64,000 nucleotides of DNA from Fistulifera solaris (lineage: Eukaryota), in contig AP026123.1 of assembly GCA_030295235.1 (NCBI GenBank), forward strand, positions 2,604,001 through 2,668,000, written 5' to 3'. Position 1 is the first letter of the stretch. Each line of letters opens with the position of its first letter. Positions 22,880-36,172 of the stretch are shown here, piece by piece. A program made the position numbers and the translations under genes. Below the pieces are notes generated by a model. That model ran no database searches and was not told the origin of the DNA. It saw nothing but the letters and a program-made list of their open reading frames with translations.

Positions 22880-24483
22880 TCAGGGCAGTGAACTTGGTTG
22901 TTCGGCAAACTCGGGTGCAATTATAGGTGTGCCGTAATCCGGAGACATATTCAAGCTATCTGGCGAAGCAACAACTTGAGTGGTGGCCTTGTCGAGCTGC
23001 TGCATCCAAATTCGTGTTTTGTACATGGAAAACAAATCACGAACGAGATCTCGAAAGTCCACTCGTCCTTCGGCCTCAAAGAAAAAGGTGAGCTTGTGCC
23101 GATCGAATTGGTACTCAGCGTCGACCACATGCATGGGTAGCCCGCGCTGAATCACCTTGGTACGGCATATTTGAAGTAACTCTTCTTCTTCATCGCGTTT
23201 CATTGCCAACAAGCTAACTTCGTCGTGAGTGGCTAGTCGGATGATGCGTTTCAAGTCCGCTGCATGGACCCCGGATGTCACCTTGCCATAAACAATACCC
23301 AAGTCTTCTCCGCGATCAGCCTCTACTTTAACGTAGGTGCCTATCTTCAAGTCACGCTGACCCAACCGCGGCCCCAAACAAAAATTGCGCTGTGTTCGCT
23401 TGAATTTGACACAGTAAACCGACTTGGGAACAGCCGCCGTCTTCCCTCCCAAAAAATAATGCTCATCCGGAACTTCAATATGTTCTCCCATGAGAGTGTG
23501 TCCATACTCATCGTCATGCACACGAAGGCCCACTCCAGAGTCACTGGATTGGCGAGTGTGTCCAGCTGGATAAAATGGTTGAACCGGGGAGAGTCCACCG
23601 CTCCCTCCGTTGTACTCGGATGCCGGATAGGGGTACCTCACACGACTGTCGTACGACGATGACAACATAGAACTTGTCAAGCTGCTGCTTCTCGGCAAAA
23701 GGAAGACGTCTCCTTCAATGAACCCCCGACGGAGTACGAATGCCTGGGTGCACTACTGCTGCCACCAAAATTAACCATTTGCTGCTGTTGAGTCTGAAAG
23801 CCAGGCTGCGAAAGTGACCGCGAGTGTCGAGGCTTCGGAAGAGCGTCTGGAACACGCTGCTGTTGGAGATGCGCACCAAGTGTGGGCAAACTGCCGAACT
23901 TGTGCGAAACAGCGTCGTGGCCTTGAAAGCCTGATTGACTTGACCAGCTCTCCACGTCCGTGTACAAGGGAGGGCGGGAACCTCGATCATACATGCGAGG
24001 AGAACTTGAGTACGCGCGCTCACGAATTCCTAAACCCAACAGGCCATCATTGTCGCTTCCCAACTCGCCTAATCGGTAATCCTCGCTGGCTCGTCTCTGC
24101 TGTTGCTGGTGTTGTTGCTGCAGAAACGGAAGAGCCGGTGGTTCCATGTACACACCCTGTCGTGTGCTCCAATCTCCGTCGGAAGATGAATTGGGTGTCA
24201 TGGTGAGCGATGGCGAACTTGCCGAGTTGCTCTTTGAACTAATGGGTTTTCCAATAGGTGAAGGAATATTCGGACGCTGTGTAAATGAATGGTGCGAATG
24301 AATACTCTCTTGACCGCTCCTTACGGAACTTTCTGAATAATACTGATGCATATCCTCGGGTGGAGATGTAGAAACCGTGCTGGAAGTCGGTTTGCGAACG
24401 TGACTTTGATTTTTGTCGAGTAATGACATTCCCGACATACCATATTCGATCGACTGCGTATTGCTGCTCAATTGTAAAATCAT
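22880..24483 (-). CDS. PSP1 C-terminal domain protein with long S/Q-rich N-terminus; apparent frameshift at 23697-23700; 5' end uncertain
   Basis: VKVEADRGEDLG...LPMHVVDAEYQFDRHKLTFFFEAEGRVDFRDLVRDLFSMYKTRIWM. Confidence 0.88.
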
Positions 24484-25791
24484 GATGATCGGAATGAAGA
24501 GAAAAAGAACATGATTGTTAGAAGAATTGTGTTGCAGAAAATGTTACGAATGAAAGTGACATCGAAGAGAAGGTTCGAAAACTTTCAAGAACTTAGTTTG
24601 AAGAACGACAGAGTGTTCGCTGCGACACTCGCCATCTAAACAAGAAACACCAGTGTCGCTTAATGAGTAGACCTCCGAACTTCGACAAGAACGGCAGCGG
24701 AGCGATGAAACCATGATAGCAGGATGCTGAAATGTAATAATTCAAGCCATGTCAAGCCTATTTTTTCTTTTCAATGTCGACGGAAAAGGGATCGTAACGA
24801 TTTGCAAGGCGCAAACGATAGCGGCGGCCCCATTGCTCCATTTTCCTCCAGGAGAAATAAAGACACGTGCAACACTACGAAAGCTCTACGTGTGATGTTT
24901 GTTGGCTTGTTCGTACCTATCCGTCGACCAACTATGTACATCAGGCCCACTGGCCGCCATGATCATGAGTGCTGTAAAGGAATGATCTATCTATGAATTT
25001 TTATTGAGAAAAGGAGGGAGTGAAAAGTCAAAACGAAAGCAATTCGAACTTATCACATGCACTTGAGTTGTCTTTCGTTCTGCTGCCTGCGGACAGCGGA
25101 TGTAGAGCGGGGGCTGTGTGCCGTGTGCCGTGTCCCGTAGAGGGACACGCTGATGCAAATTTTGCATTCTTGAGTAAGAAGAGACTGCTCTAAAGAGTAG
25201 TCGGAACGGAAAATTTGCGAAGACGATCTCTATCAGCGATGCCGGCGTGGATGGAAACAATGACAGTCCACTCAACAGTAGTAGAGACATGGTTATCTAG
25301 CAGTCCGTACTTCCTAAACATTTACGGTATTTGGACTTCAACGGCAATCGCAAGCAGGGCGCATTGAGAATTCAAAGATACAAGATACAAAAGCTTATCG
25401 AGCATCTACTGTCCTACAAACTGTAGTATCTGAGTGGAAACTTGAAAAGAAGGACTTCTTTTTCGTTCCATAACCAGTTGCCGATCCGTGGAAAGTGGAA
25501 AGTATCATTAACAAAGAACCTGCTAAGGCTTCGCCAAGGGCTTTTCTTCCGTAAACAATCTAGCTATTTGCTTCATTGAATTGCTGAAAAGCTACGTCCA
25601 CGCCGCGCCCCGTAATTCTCGCTTTTTGCAAATTTCTCGTTTATCGTAAAGCACTTGACGAAAAAGCACCAACTAAACATCCTAAGTTTGTTTTAGTTGA
25701 TAACAGGCCGGGCACCAGGAACTCTATTTAAACGATATGAGAACTTTTACACACTTCTATTGTCTTGTCTACTTTTCCAAGATGTTTTTAA

Positions 25792-26919
25792 CTACCTGCC
25801 ATCAGTATCTCGAAAGCGATTCGGTATGAAGCCAGCTGGCCTGTATTCATATTCTACTCCAACGCACTCTAATCTCTCGAAAGTCGCCAATTGTTCGGGT
25901 GGAACTGCACAGTAGTTCACGCTGACGTAGGACGGGAGAAAGATCAGATCGAGCTCGGAATCGGGGAATTCGGCCGCGGAGCATTGATTCGGCTCAATCG
26001 TGGAATTACTTTGCGTTGGCGCAATCGTGAATGAAGGCGTTCTTGTCGGTGCAAGTGTCGAGGGAACAAATTTAGACGGTGCGCGTGTCGGTTCTTCGAT
26101 CCGCGATGGCGATGGTGATGGCGGTGCAACTGTGGGTTGAATGGATGACTCCTCCACTAGTTCAGCAGAGCTTTCTTCTTTCCTGCTATCAGTGACCAGT
26201 GGAGTCACAAAGACAAAGCCGATCAAAACAAGAAGACATGGAAGGAAGTACATCGATTTCTTCCAATTGATTTTTCCGGGATGGGCCGATAGGGCCCAGG
26301 AGCTTTGATAAGTTGTTGGGTCATAGGGAGGCTGTTGTTCCAAGTCATTTTCCGAATCATTCGAATCATCGGTAACCATTGTCATTTTCAAGTCCAGTCC
26401 TGCCATATCCTTCTCAAATTGACGGAGAGGATCGTTGCTACTATCATCTTCATCTCTCGCGACACGTTTCTCGTATAATTTAAAACGTCGTCCACTAAGT
26501 TGTTCTTTGTATTGCTGGATCATTTTGCCCTCTGTTGAGACTGTGTCGTGTGATGAATGACTCGAAATAGTAAGATCTTCGTAATAATCTTCGTCGGCTG
26601 TCACTTCACCGCGACTTTGATTGATTTCCCGGGCGTTCTCAAGCGGAATGTCTTCGGAATACTCGTAGCCTTCACTGCCATACGGAATGGGTTGTGATTG
26701 CCGATCTTTCGCGACTCTCGTAAAAGAGCCTTTCCGTTTTGTGGTAGGGATATGATCGTCTCGCTTTATCTCTCTCCTTGCGTAGCATGCATCATTTTCC
26801 TTTGCAGAACGATTGCCCTGTTTCTGGATGTCAGGGTCATCCAGAAGGGCGGTCAGCCGTGCGATTCCTGTTCGACTGGATTGCGACGGAGAAGGCGGTG
26901 GATCTATTCCTTTACGCAT
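25792..26919 (-). CDS. Hypothetical single-pass membrane protein with P/T/S-rich stalk
   Basis: 375-aa ORF, acidic disordered N-terminus, one TM (MYFLPCLLVLIGFVFV), PTxAP repeats. Confidence 0.7.
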   Translation of the reverse strand: MRKGIDPPPSPSQSSRTGIARLTALLDDPDIQKQGNRSAKENDACYARREIKRDDHIPTTKRKGSFTRVAKDRQSQPIPYGSEGYEYSEDIPLENAREINQSRGEVTADEDYYEDLTISSHSSHDTVSTEGKMIQQYKEQLSGRRFKLYEKRVARDEDDSSNDPLRQFEKDMAGLDLKMTMVTDDSNDSENDLEQQPPYDPTTYQSSWALSAHPGKINWKKSMYFLPCLLVLIGFVFVTPLVTDSRKEESSAELVEESSIQPTVAPPSPSPSRIEEPTRAPSKFVPSTLAPTRTPSFTIAPTQSNSTIEPNQCSAAEFPDSELDLIFLPSYVSVNYCAVPPEQLATFERLECVGVEYEYRPAGFIPNRFRDTDGR

Positions 26920-27287
26920 AGATATAGGGAGTTATTAACAAGTTGATTTGATGGTCCGAACGAAAAGGTCACTGACAGAGAAATTGCCGGATTGTTATTG
27001 TCGACTTTTCGACAAAACAAGCCCAAAAAAATACGTGCCGAGCATGGCAAAGAATAAGTCTACGTGGTTTGTAAGTAGCCGCCGTAAGAAAAATTTATCA
27101 CAGCAGGGGGAACCCGGAGGTCGAACAATTCGACATCATCCAATTCTCTCATTCAAAGTGCAAAGATGTCAACGTTTCCTTGTGCACCATACTTTCTTCA
27201 TATCAAAACACAGTATTTGGAAACAAAACGTTTATGGAACGAAAAATGCGACGCTTCAAATGGCTACGTACTTTTAAGTAGTACTTT

Positions 27288-28470
27288 CAGAAATTCTGTG
27301 TAACTGGTCCAGAAATTCTGGACCTGTTGTTGTTTCGAGTCATTCAAACAGACATTTCGTGCACGTTCCATATTTTCTAAAATCCGGTGTTTTGGGTCAT
27401 ACAGAAATGCTGTGGACATTTGTGACATTCGGGAACTAGTGGTTTGGAAATCGCAGCCAGTTTGTGCAAATTCCAGAAATTCTGGAATCGTTGATTAGTC
27501 AATCAGAAATTTTGTGTGACTGGTCCAGAAATTCTGGACCAATTGTTGTTTCGAGTCAAACAGACATTTCGTGAACGTTCCATATTTTCTAAAAATCGAT
27601 GTTTTGGGTCATACAAAAATGCTGTGGACATTGGTGACATTTGGGAACTAGTGGTTTGGAAATCGTAGCCAGTTTGTGCAAATTCCAGAAAGTCTGGAAT
27701 CGTTGATTAGTCAATCAGAAATTTTGTGTGACTGGTCCAGAAATTCTGGACCAATTGTTGTTTCGAGTCAAACAGACATTTCGTGCACGTTCCATATTTT
27801 CTAAAAATCGGTGTTTTGGGTCATACAGAAATGCTCTGGACATTTGTGACATTCGGGAACTAGTGGTTTGGAAATCGCAGCCAGTTTGTGCAAATTCCAG
27901 AAATTCTGGAATCGTTGATTAGTCCATCAGAAATTCTGTGTGACTGGTCCAGAAATTCTGGACCAATTGTTGTTTCGAGTCAAACAGACATTTCGTGAAC
28001 GTTCCATATTTTCTAAAAATCGATGTTTTGGGTCATACAAAAATGCTGTGGACATTTGTGACATTCGGGAACTAGTGGTTTGGAAATCGCAGCCAGTTTG
28101 TGCAAATTCCAGAAATTCTGGAATCGTTGATTATTCAATCAGAATATCGGTGTTTTGTGTCATACAGAAATGCTGTGGACATTGGTGATATTCGGGAACT
28201 AGTGGTTCGGAAATCGCAGCCAGTTTGTGCAAATTCATAGATAATTTATCATCAGAAATGCTGTGTGTGGTTATTCTGGACCTGTTGTTGTTTCGTTGTT
28301 TCGAGTCAAACAGACATTTCGTGCACGTTCCATATTTTCTAAAAATCGGTGTTTTGGATCATACAGAAATGCGGTGGACATTTGTGATATACGGGAACTA
28401 GTGGTTTAGAAATCGCCGCCAGTTTGTGCAAATTTATAGCTAGTTAGTCAATCGGATATTCTGATTCTGG
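27288..28470 (-). repeat. 212-bp tandem array (about four full units plus partial units) of the CCAGAATTTCTGG palindrome family
   Basis: GACTGGTCCAGAAATTCTGGACC recurs at 27518, 27730 and 27942 (period 212). Reverse complement matches 54224-54250 and 57.4-58.4 kb. Confidence 0.95.
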
Positions 28471-28537
28471 AACCGGTGTCGCCGTAGGATACGGTGAGCT
28501 AAGGATAATCCATTTTTATAGCTTTCTTGTTCTTTTA

Positions 28538-31386
28538 TTACTTCTTTTTGCGTCCGCCTTTATTGCTTGTTGCTGCCGAAGTCGAAGCGGACGCCTTTCC
28601 TTTACCGCGCCCTTTCGACCTGAACATCGCCTTGATTTTTTCAGCGTCTAATTCATCATCGTCCCCGCCATCCTCGTCTTCCTCTTCGACTTGATCATCG
28701 TCGATAGCGTCAGGATCTTTGCTTTCCATGGCAGCAGCTCCCTCTCCGGACCCACGCTTTCTTCCCTTTCCGGTGCTTCCTTGTTCGGCAACAAGAGCTT
28801 GACTCGAATGAGACGTCTGGTTGTAGAGGCGAGTAAAGCTCGCTTTCTGCTTGCTACTCAAGTCGTTGAAAGCTGCCGCTTTACTGGAACTCAACACAAA
28901 CTCGTCCAGTTTTTCAAACACATCATCTCGATCCAAACCATATTCATCCATAAAGTCAATGGCTGCCTGAGCATCGTCCGCTTGTAGCAATTGTAGAAGG
29001 CGTGTTCGCAACACTGGGAGATAAGATAAACGTGTTTCCGAGCCGCCACCACTGATACTATAGTTCAAGTGATGTTGAAGCTCCGACAATAATCGATACT
29101 TCTTGCCTTTCGTACTATTTCTTCCGAGCCAAGACGTAAACTCAGGGAATCCTGGCAAAAAGCCACCGCTTGGACCCGACGCATGAAATCCTGTTTTTAC
29201 AATCAAACTAGAGCAGAGGGGCAGCAAGCTCCAGTTTTGACCGCCCCGTAACTGATTTTCCGCCAGATCATAATCGCTCAATGCCTCGGCAGCGTCCGAC
29301 ATTCGATGAAGAACTTCCAGTTGCGAAGCAGCGTTCTTGCGTTTGGCTTCGCCGAAAGGACCTTGCAGTACTTTTAGATAGTTTTGTTGTACAAGCAAGC
29401 CCGTAAAGCCATAATCAACAAAGAAAGCGTCATGTCTCCGGAAGAACGAGTTACGTTCTTGCTCTGGCGTCGATCCGTTCAATCCCTGACGGCCTTCGAG
29501 CAGTTGTTTGGCAGCGTCAAACAAAGAAACACGAAGGATATCATCTTTGTTAATATCATTTTCTCGCTCCTTCAAATCCTTGAACTTGAGGCTGTTTCCT
29601 TTTCGCGACCACATTTGCAAACAATTCAAAACCTGTCGAATATCGTTGCCGCACGATTCTGCCAAAGCTTCCGCAGCATTGTGTTCAACATTCAGTCCTT
29701 CTTGCTGGCCAACTTGCACTGCACGATTCGCAATCACGTTTTTGGTGGGACGTCGGTACCTCAAGTCCAAACAGTAGGGAATCAACGATTTGAGTTTTTG
29801 TGACTGACGATCGTTGCAAATACAAACGATGGGCACTTTGCTCTTTTGATCATTTGAATCAACTCCGCCATCCCACTGCGATCACCCGCACCCATTCCAT
29901 CTACTTCGTCCATGATAATACACCGTTTCTTAGCCTGTGTATTAAAGTCGATTGTACGAGAGCCTGTGATATCACCGAATACATTGGTCAACGCCTTTTT
30001 GCTGCGAACATCGGATGCATTAAACTCCAGTACATCGCGACCAGCCTCTTTTGCTACCAAGGTTGCTGTGGTTGTCTCTGTGCAAAATTAGTGAATAGTG
30101 TTAGACATGTTTGATCATGGAACTGCTTCCGAACGACTCCGTATATATTTATTTGTGCACATGCAATCATACGTACTTCCAATACCGGGAGGACCCGACA
30201 ACAACGCCGCCTTCCAAGGACCATTCGGTGCCGAAAAAGTCTTGTTGCTGTTCTGCGCTGTGTTAAATATACGTTCCCAGCTATTCAACCATTGCGTTAA
30301 CTTCTTGACGGCATCCTGATTTCCCAAAATTTCTCGAGCGCATGTGGGTTTGTACTTGTCGACCCATAACATGGACGACGTATCACCCAGGACGGGCGCG
30401 ACTGTCATCGTGACGGTGCTCGTCACAGTAGTCGTTGCTGGAGCGGCTTTGCGTCCGTACGGATTCGTTTTGGCCGTCGCGGCGTACGGATTCGCGGCTT
30501 TCTTTGCGTACGGATTGACCTTGGTGGCTGTCGTCGCCGTAGAATAAGGATTGGATGCAACCGATGGAGGCGCTGACACTACTGGTGTCGATGCCACGGC
30601 CGGTGCAGCAACAGGACCGCACAAGTCGTGATAGGTTTGCAACAAACCATAAAACAGTTCCTCTCCCTGCACAATGACAACACTTTGCAATTCCATTGCT
30701 TTCTTGTATTTACTTCCCTGTTGATAATCTCTTCCATCTTCTAATACACTCCCGACAACCAAATAATCTGTTTTACTCGACACGGCCGTGGTGACTCGTC
30801 CTCCCAACATTTTGACCAAATCTTGGGCCGCTTCTCGTGATAGTTGTTCCAACACACCCGAAAAGCAAAACGTCAAGGGTACATTGTCGCGCATCAAACA
30901 CTGCGTATGCTGGAGACTCGGAGGCGTTGTGCGGCGTACGGTAGGTTGTTCGAGTGTGCGCGGTGACTTTTTGGTTGTAGCAGAGCGTACGGGCGAGGCA
31001 GCTTTCTTCGTTTCCCTTACAGGAGTTGCTTCCGTGGGTGTACGTGCTCGCATGGATCGTTGGGGCGACGCCACTTTTGTCGGAGGCTTTACCGGTGTTG
31101 TTGGTTTCTTGACAACCGCCGCTTTCACCGCAACGACTTCCTCTTCTTCGCTACTGCTATCGATGAGAATCTCTCGTTTGGCTTTTTTTCGATGGTTCTT
31201 CGATCTTCTTTGTCGTTACATTTGTTTTGGAAAGAAATCATCCGCCGAAACATCCATACGTTCCGGTGATTTGCGTTTCCGCGCTGTTTCATCTTCTTTG
31301 TTTGAATTGTTAACGCCATTTTTAAGATCGGAGGCAGCCGGTGCGGCTTTCTTTGGTTGAAAGAAAGAACGAATATCCATAGGCAT
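28538..31386 (-). CDS. RFC1: Replication factor C subunit 1; intron 30078-30176; apparent lesions at ~31183-31233 and 29844-29847
   Basis: MDIRSFF start, BRCT (FCFSGVLEQLSREAAQDLVKMLGGRVTTAVSSKTDYLVVG), LWVDKYKP, Walker A GPPGIG/KTT across the intron, EFNASDVRSK, IIMDEVDGM, ICNDR, C-terminal KASFTRLYN. Confidence 0.96.
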
Positions 31387-32179
31387 TTTGGCTAGAACTA
31401 TTCTTTTCAATATAAGAAGATAATGAAGGAAGAACGGAGAATAATAGGGTAATAGGCTCCCTTGAATGAATAATGAATGCCATGCTAATGACAAATGGCG
31501 CTGCGTCTCCTCTCGTTCGCTCATTGTCATTATTTTTTGCTCCGCGCCCCCTTTTCGCATTAAACCGGCTAAGGTTAAGGCTACTCTGGCTTACTATCGA
31601 ACGAAATGTAGATTACTTTTTTTATGACTCGATTGCTTTTAGTCACGGCTTATATTAGCAATCAGAGCACTAAGTTTCACAAGAGACATTACGGTGCTTC
31701 ATCATCATGTTTTCATTGATCTTCTGTTGTTGATGGTGATGAAATTTCAAATGGCGTCTCAACGAGAAATAATAATGTTGACTCTCTCGTCAACGAAGAC
31801 TCGTTCACGAACGGACGTGAGCCACGCGTGAGGAGTCTTGCGAAACGAACGACGAACGACCAAATAATTCGTTCTTCGTTGTATCTTGGGAAGATGACTC
31901 GGATTTTCACGAGTAGCTGTTGGCCACTTTTGACTCTATAGTGATTTTGGACACCGGTACTAAAGCACGATTTTTGGTTAAGCATCAGCCAATTCGTGGG
32001 AAGGGCGCGGACAAACTACGATACATGCAGTACAATTGACTGAGTGAGTGTGACCGGCGGAAAAAAAGTCCTTTGCCAGAAAAGAGAGAGAGAGAGCGAC
32101 AAGGCAGATGATCTCGTTGTGTGTGTAAATGCTCTCATCCTTTTGGAGATAAAGGACTATCAACATCACTTTAAAAGAA

Positions 32180-35100
32180 ATGACAGACGCAAATGGATTG
32201 TCGTCTTCGCGAATACGAATGACGGATGACACTCCTTCAGGAGCAAGGCATGTCGTCGGCGTGTATCACGAAGACGACGATGCCAATCACAATTCCTTGG
32301 TCGATATCGAGAGTTTCAGTAGCAGTGGCTCGAGCAGTCGTAGTGACGACAGTACGAACAGCAGTAGCAGTTCCGTGTCGTCGTCGTCGGATGATTCCTC
32401 CACTCCAGGAGGAAGCAGTGTCGAAGATGAAGATGGTTGGGATACGGGTGCCGAATCGACCGATGACGATGACGATGATAATGACACCGCTGGAGCGATT
32501 GCTACCATTTCGTCTCTGGGTCCATCATCGACGGCTTCTTCGTTGTCATCATCGTTTCCTCCGGCGCCGACCATGGAAGAAGTACAACATGCCTTTATCG
32601 AGCCGCAACCATTTACAGGACGCCATCAACTCAGTGAACGAGAAAAATACATGGAAGAGGAATATGATGCACGGCATCAACAGTATATAGAAGAGCACGG
32701 CTCGATTGATCCGTATCAAGAACAATTTATGGAGCAACGTTTACTGAATGATATGTATTACCAGCAACGACAAACTGTACAACCCGAACAATATACGCCA
32801 TTGGATCATGAGACATTCAAAGATGAAGAAGATCCGTTAATGACTCCTTGAAATCACCCACCAAATCCAACAATACCGATACCATGCAAGATACTTATGA
32901 AGATGAATTTCATTTCGACAAGGATGATTGGCGGAAAAGTCGTATGCTCATTGTATTGCCGCGCATCATTGCGTGTACGTGTATCGCCATTGTTGTCTTG
33001 ATCATTGTTTTGATCTTTCTCATACGCAACCAAAACACATCGAGTCCGCTGCCGGTCACACAGCCGGTCAATCGAACGGCGGCTCCGGTGACGCCAATTC
33101 CGGAAACCGTGTCGCCCTCGGTGGCGCTCACGAGTGTTCCATCCGTGATACCATCCATGGCACCATCCATGATACCATCGGATGTTCCCACCATCGTTCC
33201 TACATTGGCTCCAATTGCCGACCCGTGGACGACGGAAATTGAGAATTTAGAAACGGACGATAGTGTTTCGTTCGAAACATTTCAATATCAAGTCGATAGT
33301 TCCATGGATGGATCCACCATGGTAGTGCTTTCACTCGATCAATCGCAAAGCATCGAGTCGGTGCAAGTCTACCATTTGGAAGGGAATGTATGGCAAGATG
33401 TGGCCTTCACCGCTTCCGAGGCCGCACGACGGCGTCTTCTGTCCGCCATGCTAAAACAATCTACCATCGTTTTATCCAATTCGGGTCGCGAGCTAATGGT
33501 GTCCAATCCAAATGGTACCAGCGTGCATCGTTTGTCTACACAAAATGTTTGGATACCCAAAGGACAAACATTGAATAGCAGTGGAACCATGTCGGGTGAC
33601 GGGAATAGTTTGGTGGCGGAGTCTTTGTTTTATACATGGGACGGAAGTGTTTGGGTCGAAGATCCAATTCGAGCTTTGCCACTTCAAAGTTTTGAAAAGT
33701 TATCCTTGTCATCCGACGGATCGGTCGTGGCAGCTTTGTTGACGGGATCGCTACACGCTCTTAGGTGGGACAATACTGCCGCGCAATGGGTGGAGAAAAT
33801 CGTGTCCCCGGCAGCGATGGATTTTGCTTTGTCTAGTGATGGAACAACGATTGTCGAGGCTGGCAGCAAGTCTGCTACAGTGTTTCGATTTAAGAATGAC
33901 GACTGGGCAGTGGATGGATCCCTTGTATCCGAAACTTTCAGTGAAGTGGCTATATCCGCCGATGGTTTGACGCTTGCGGGCGCTGTCGAATCTGGTTGGG
34001 CGCAGGTTTATGATTATGACACTGCGAGCATGGAGTGGATCGAAACGGCCCCGGCAAAAGTGGTCGCACCGAGCGGTAGCGGTATTTCGGGGATATCGCT
34101 GTCCGGAAACGGACGAAAATTGAGCTTGGGAGTTGTTCCCCGGTTTGAAACAGGGACTAGTTACATTTTTACGTTGTCCAGGGAAGCCGAAGGACCAACG
34201 GCTGCTCCGACTGCTGCTCCTTCCTTCTTCGTAGAGACAGGATGCAACGGACTCGTCAGTCTATGTGAAGCAAAAGCAAATGAAGTCATGTATGCTATTG
34301 CTAACAAATCTCAGACCGCCATTGCTTCAGATTACACTGTTGCTTTGAATGCCGGCGTTCGCGGTTTTGAATGGGAAATCACAGCAGATGCTGACATAAC
34401 TACTCCAATCGGCGCGGCGATATTCGACTTCGTCTACACCCATCCAAAGGAAGTGCTGGTACTTCAGCTTCACCTTGGCCAAGTTGATCTTTTAACCGCT
34501 GAAACGCTGTTGACGGGCATTACGCACAACGCCACCTTAGAGATTTTTGGAGAGTATTTTTACAAACATTCAATCACTGCTACGTCATGGCCGACATTAG
34601 CTGAAATGGCTGAAACAAAGCGGCGTATTATTGCTTTTGTAAACAGCAGCTCCAGCGAATTCTTCAATGATTGGAATCAGTACGTCACCGAACACGTCAA
34701 TCCGACAACATGCGACAATCAAAGTGCTACGGATTTCGACGCCATTTACCTGAATACAAATACCAGTGACAACGCGATCAGTTCGTTAAACAATCTTTCG
34801 GATCTCGACATGTACGTCACCGGATGTGAAAAGCCGAACTTTGTCGTTTTCAATCATTTTGGCAGCAACGAGGCAGCTTCGGTAGTGGATTCCGTTTTGA
34901 GGTACAACAGCCAGTTTGTTCAGACATCACTTGGGCCGACGTCGCTATCACCCTCCTTAGCTCCGAGCTTGAGTCCCCATCCAACCAACTCTTTTGCTCC
35001 ATCGGACGTACCAACCATTGTCCCTACCGCGAAGCCCAGCATATCAGCTTCACCGACGTTTGGGCCAACTTTGACCCTTCAACCCAGTATGACTGCCGGA

Positions 35101-35316
35101 CCAACGACCTCCTCTTTTCTCCCAACTTCCTCTTTCTATCCCACTGGAACGTCATTCCCCACGGGAACATCCTATCCCACCGGCTCGGTATTTCCTACTT
35201 ACACATCGGCATCCAGCGCTACCAGTTTGCCCGCCGCACTGCCGGTTGCGACCGTGCTACCCACTGCCTCTCAAACAACGTCCGGGACGAACATTTTCAA
35301 TCGTCCCCCGGTGTAA
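32180..35316 (+). CDS. Type II membrane protein: acidic cytosolic tail, TM, PT/PS stalk, beta-propeller-like repeats, degenerate PI-PLC-X-like domain, PT tail; apparent frameshift at ~32837
   Basis: TM IIACTCIAIVVLIIVLIFLI. Repeated (S/A)LSxDG blades. CNG...LC...LNAGVRG...HPKEVLVL...WPTLAEMAETKRRIIAF...PNFV resemble PLC-like phosphodiesterases. Confidence 0.75.
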
Positions 35317-36172
35317 TGCAACGCAATTGTTTGCCACGACTGTTATCGGGCGAGCGACAAGGGGCATGTAGATAAATATTGATTTTATAATACTAATGTA
35401 TCTAATAATCATAGTTGAGCGTTTGTGACGGCAATTCTGTTTAAATGATGCTTCCTCAATCTTTACTAAAAATGGATTACATGAGGAAAGTAGCAGTGCA
35501 AGCAGAAGAGTCGTTACGAAGAAGAAGTATATCATCTTGAAGATTGAATTACTATACCAGTATTACCTGCAAGCCATATTTTCGCCACGACTGAATGCCA
35601 TTCATGAGTTATGACGCATTATTCTTTTTCGTACTGTCATACTAAGGTTACCTACTGTCTAACAAAATCCATCCTTCACACTAAAACCCATACAACTTGT
35701 GAGCACAATCTACAGTTTAAGTGATTTCTTATTTTGCACATAGACGATTATTGAATGTTCGAAACTGCCAAGTACGAATTGTCAACGACATCACCTTAGT
35801 TCCGAATTCTGCGAGCACTCCAAGTGTTATTTACTGTTGAAATGAATGTACAGTAGTGGTCCTATTCAGCGATAAAGGAATTAGGACGTTCCACGATCTC
35901 GCGTCCGTTCCTGAATAGTAAATCGAAAAATCTTTCCGTAGCTCCAGTACCAACAGCCTCGTATCGATTTCCTTGCCAAACGGATGCTACCTGCGGTTAA
36001 CTCGTTCGCTTTTTGCTTCATAGTTGCGACGTTATGAGACCATCGTATTGAAATACCGTCGTTTCAGTAATACAATAAGTCAAAGCACTTCATCGAACAA
36101 CACTACTATTGTTGGTGGGTCTCTTTTATTTATTTCCTTCTTTGCTTATTCCTTCCTCTTTGACAATCGAAC

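Noticed and set aside
28479..28503. Hairpin TCGCCGTA-GGA-TACGGTGA followed by CTAA, resembling a Helitron 3' end next to the 212-bp array
   Set aside because: Spacing is atypical, there is no following T, no equivalent is seen at the other arrays, and it lies in the probable RFC1 3' UTR.
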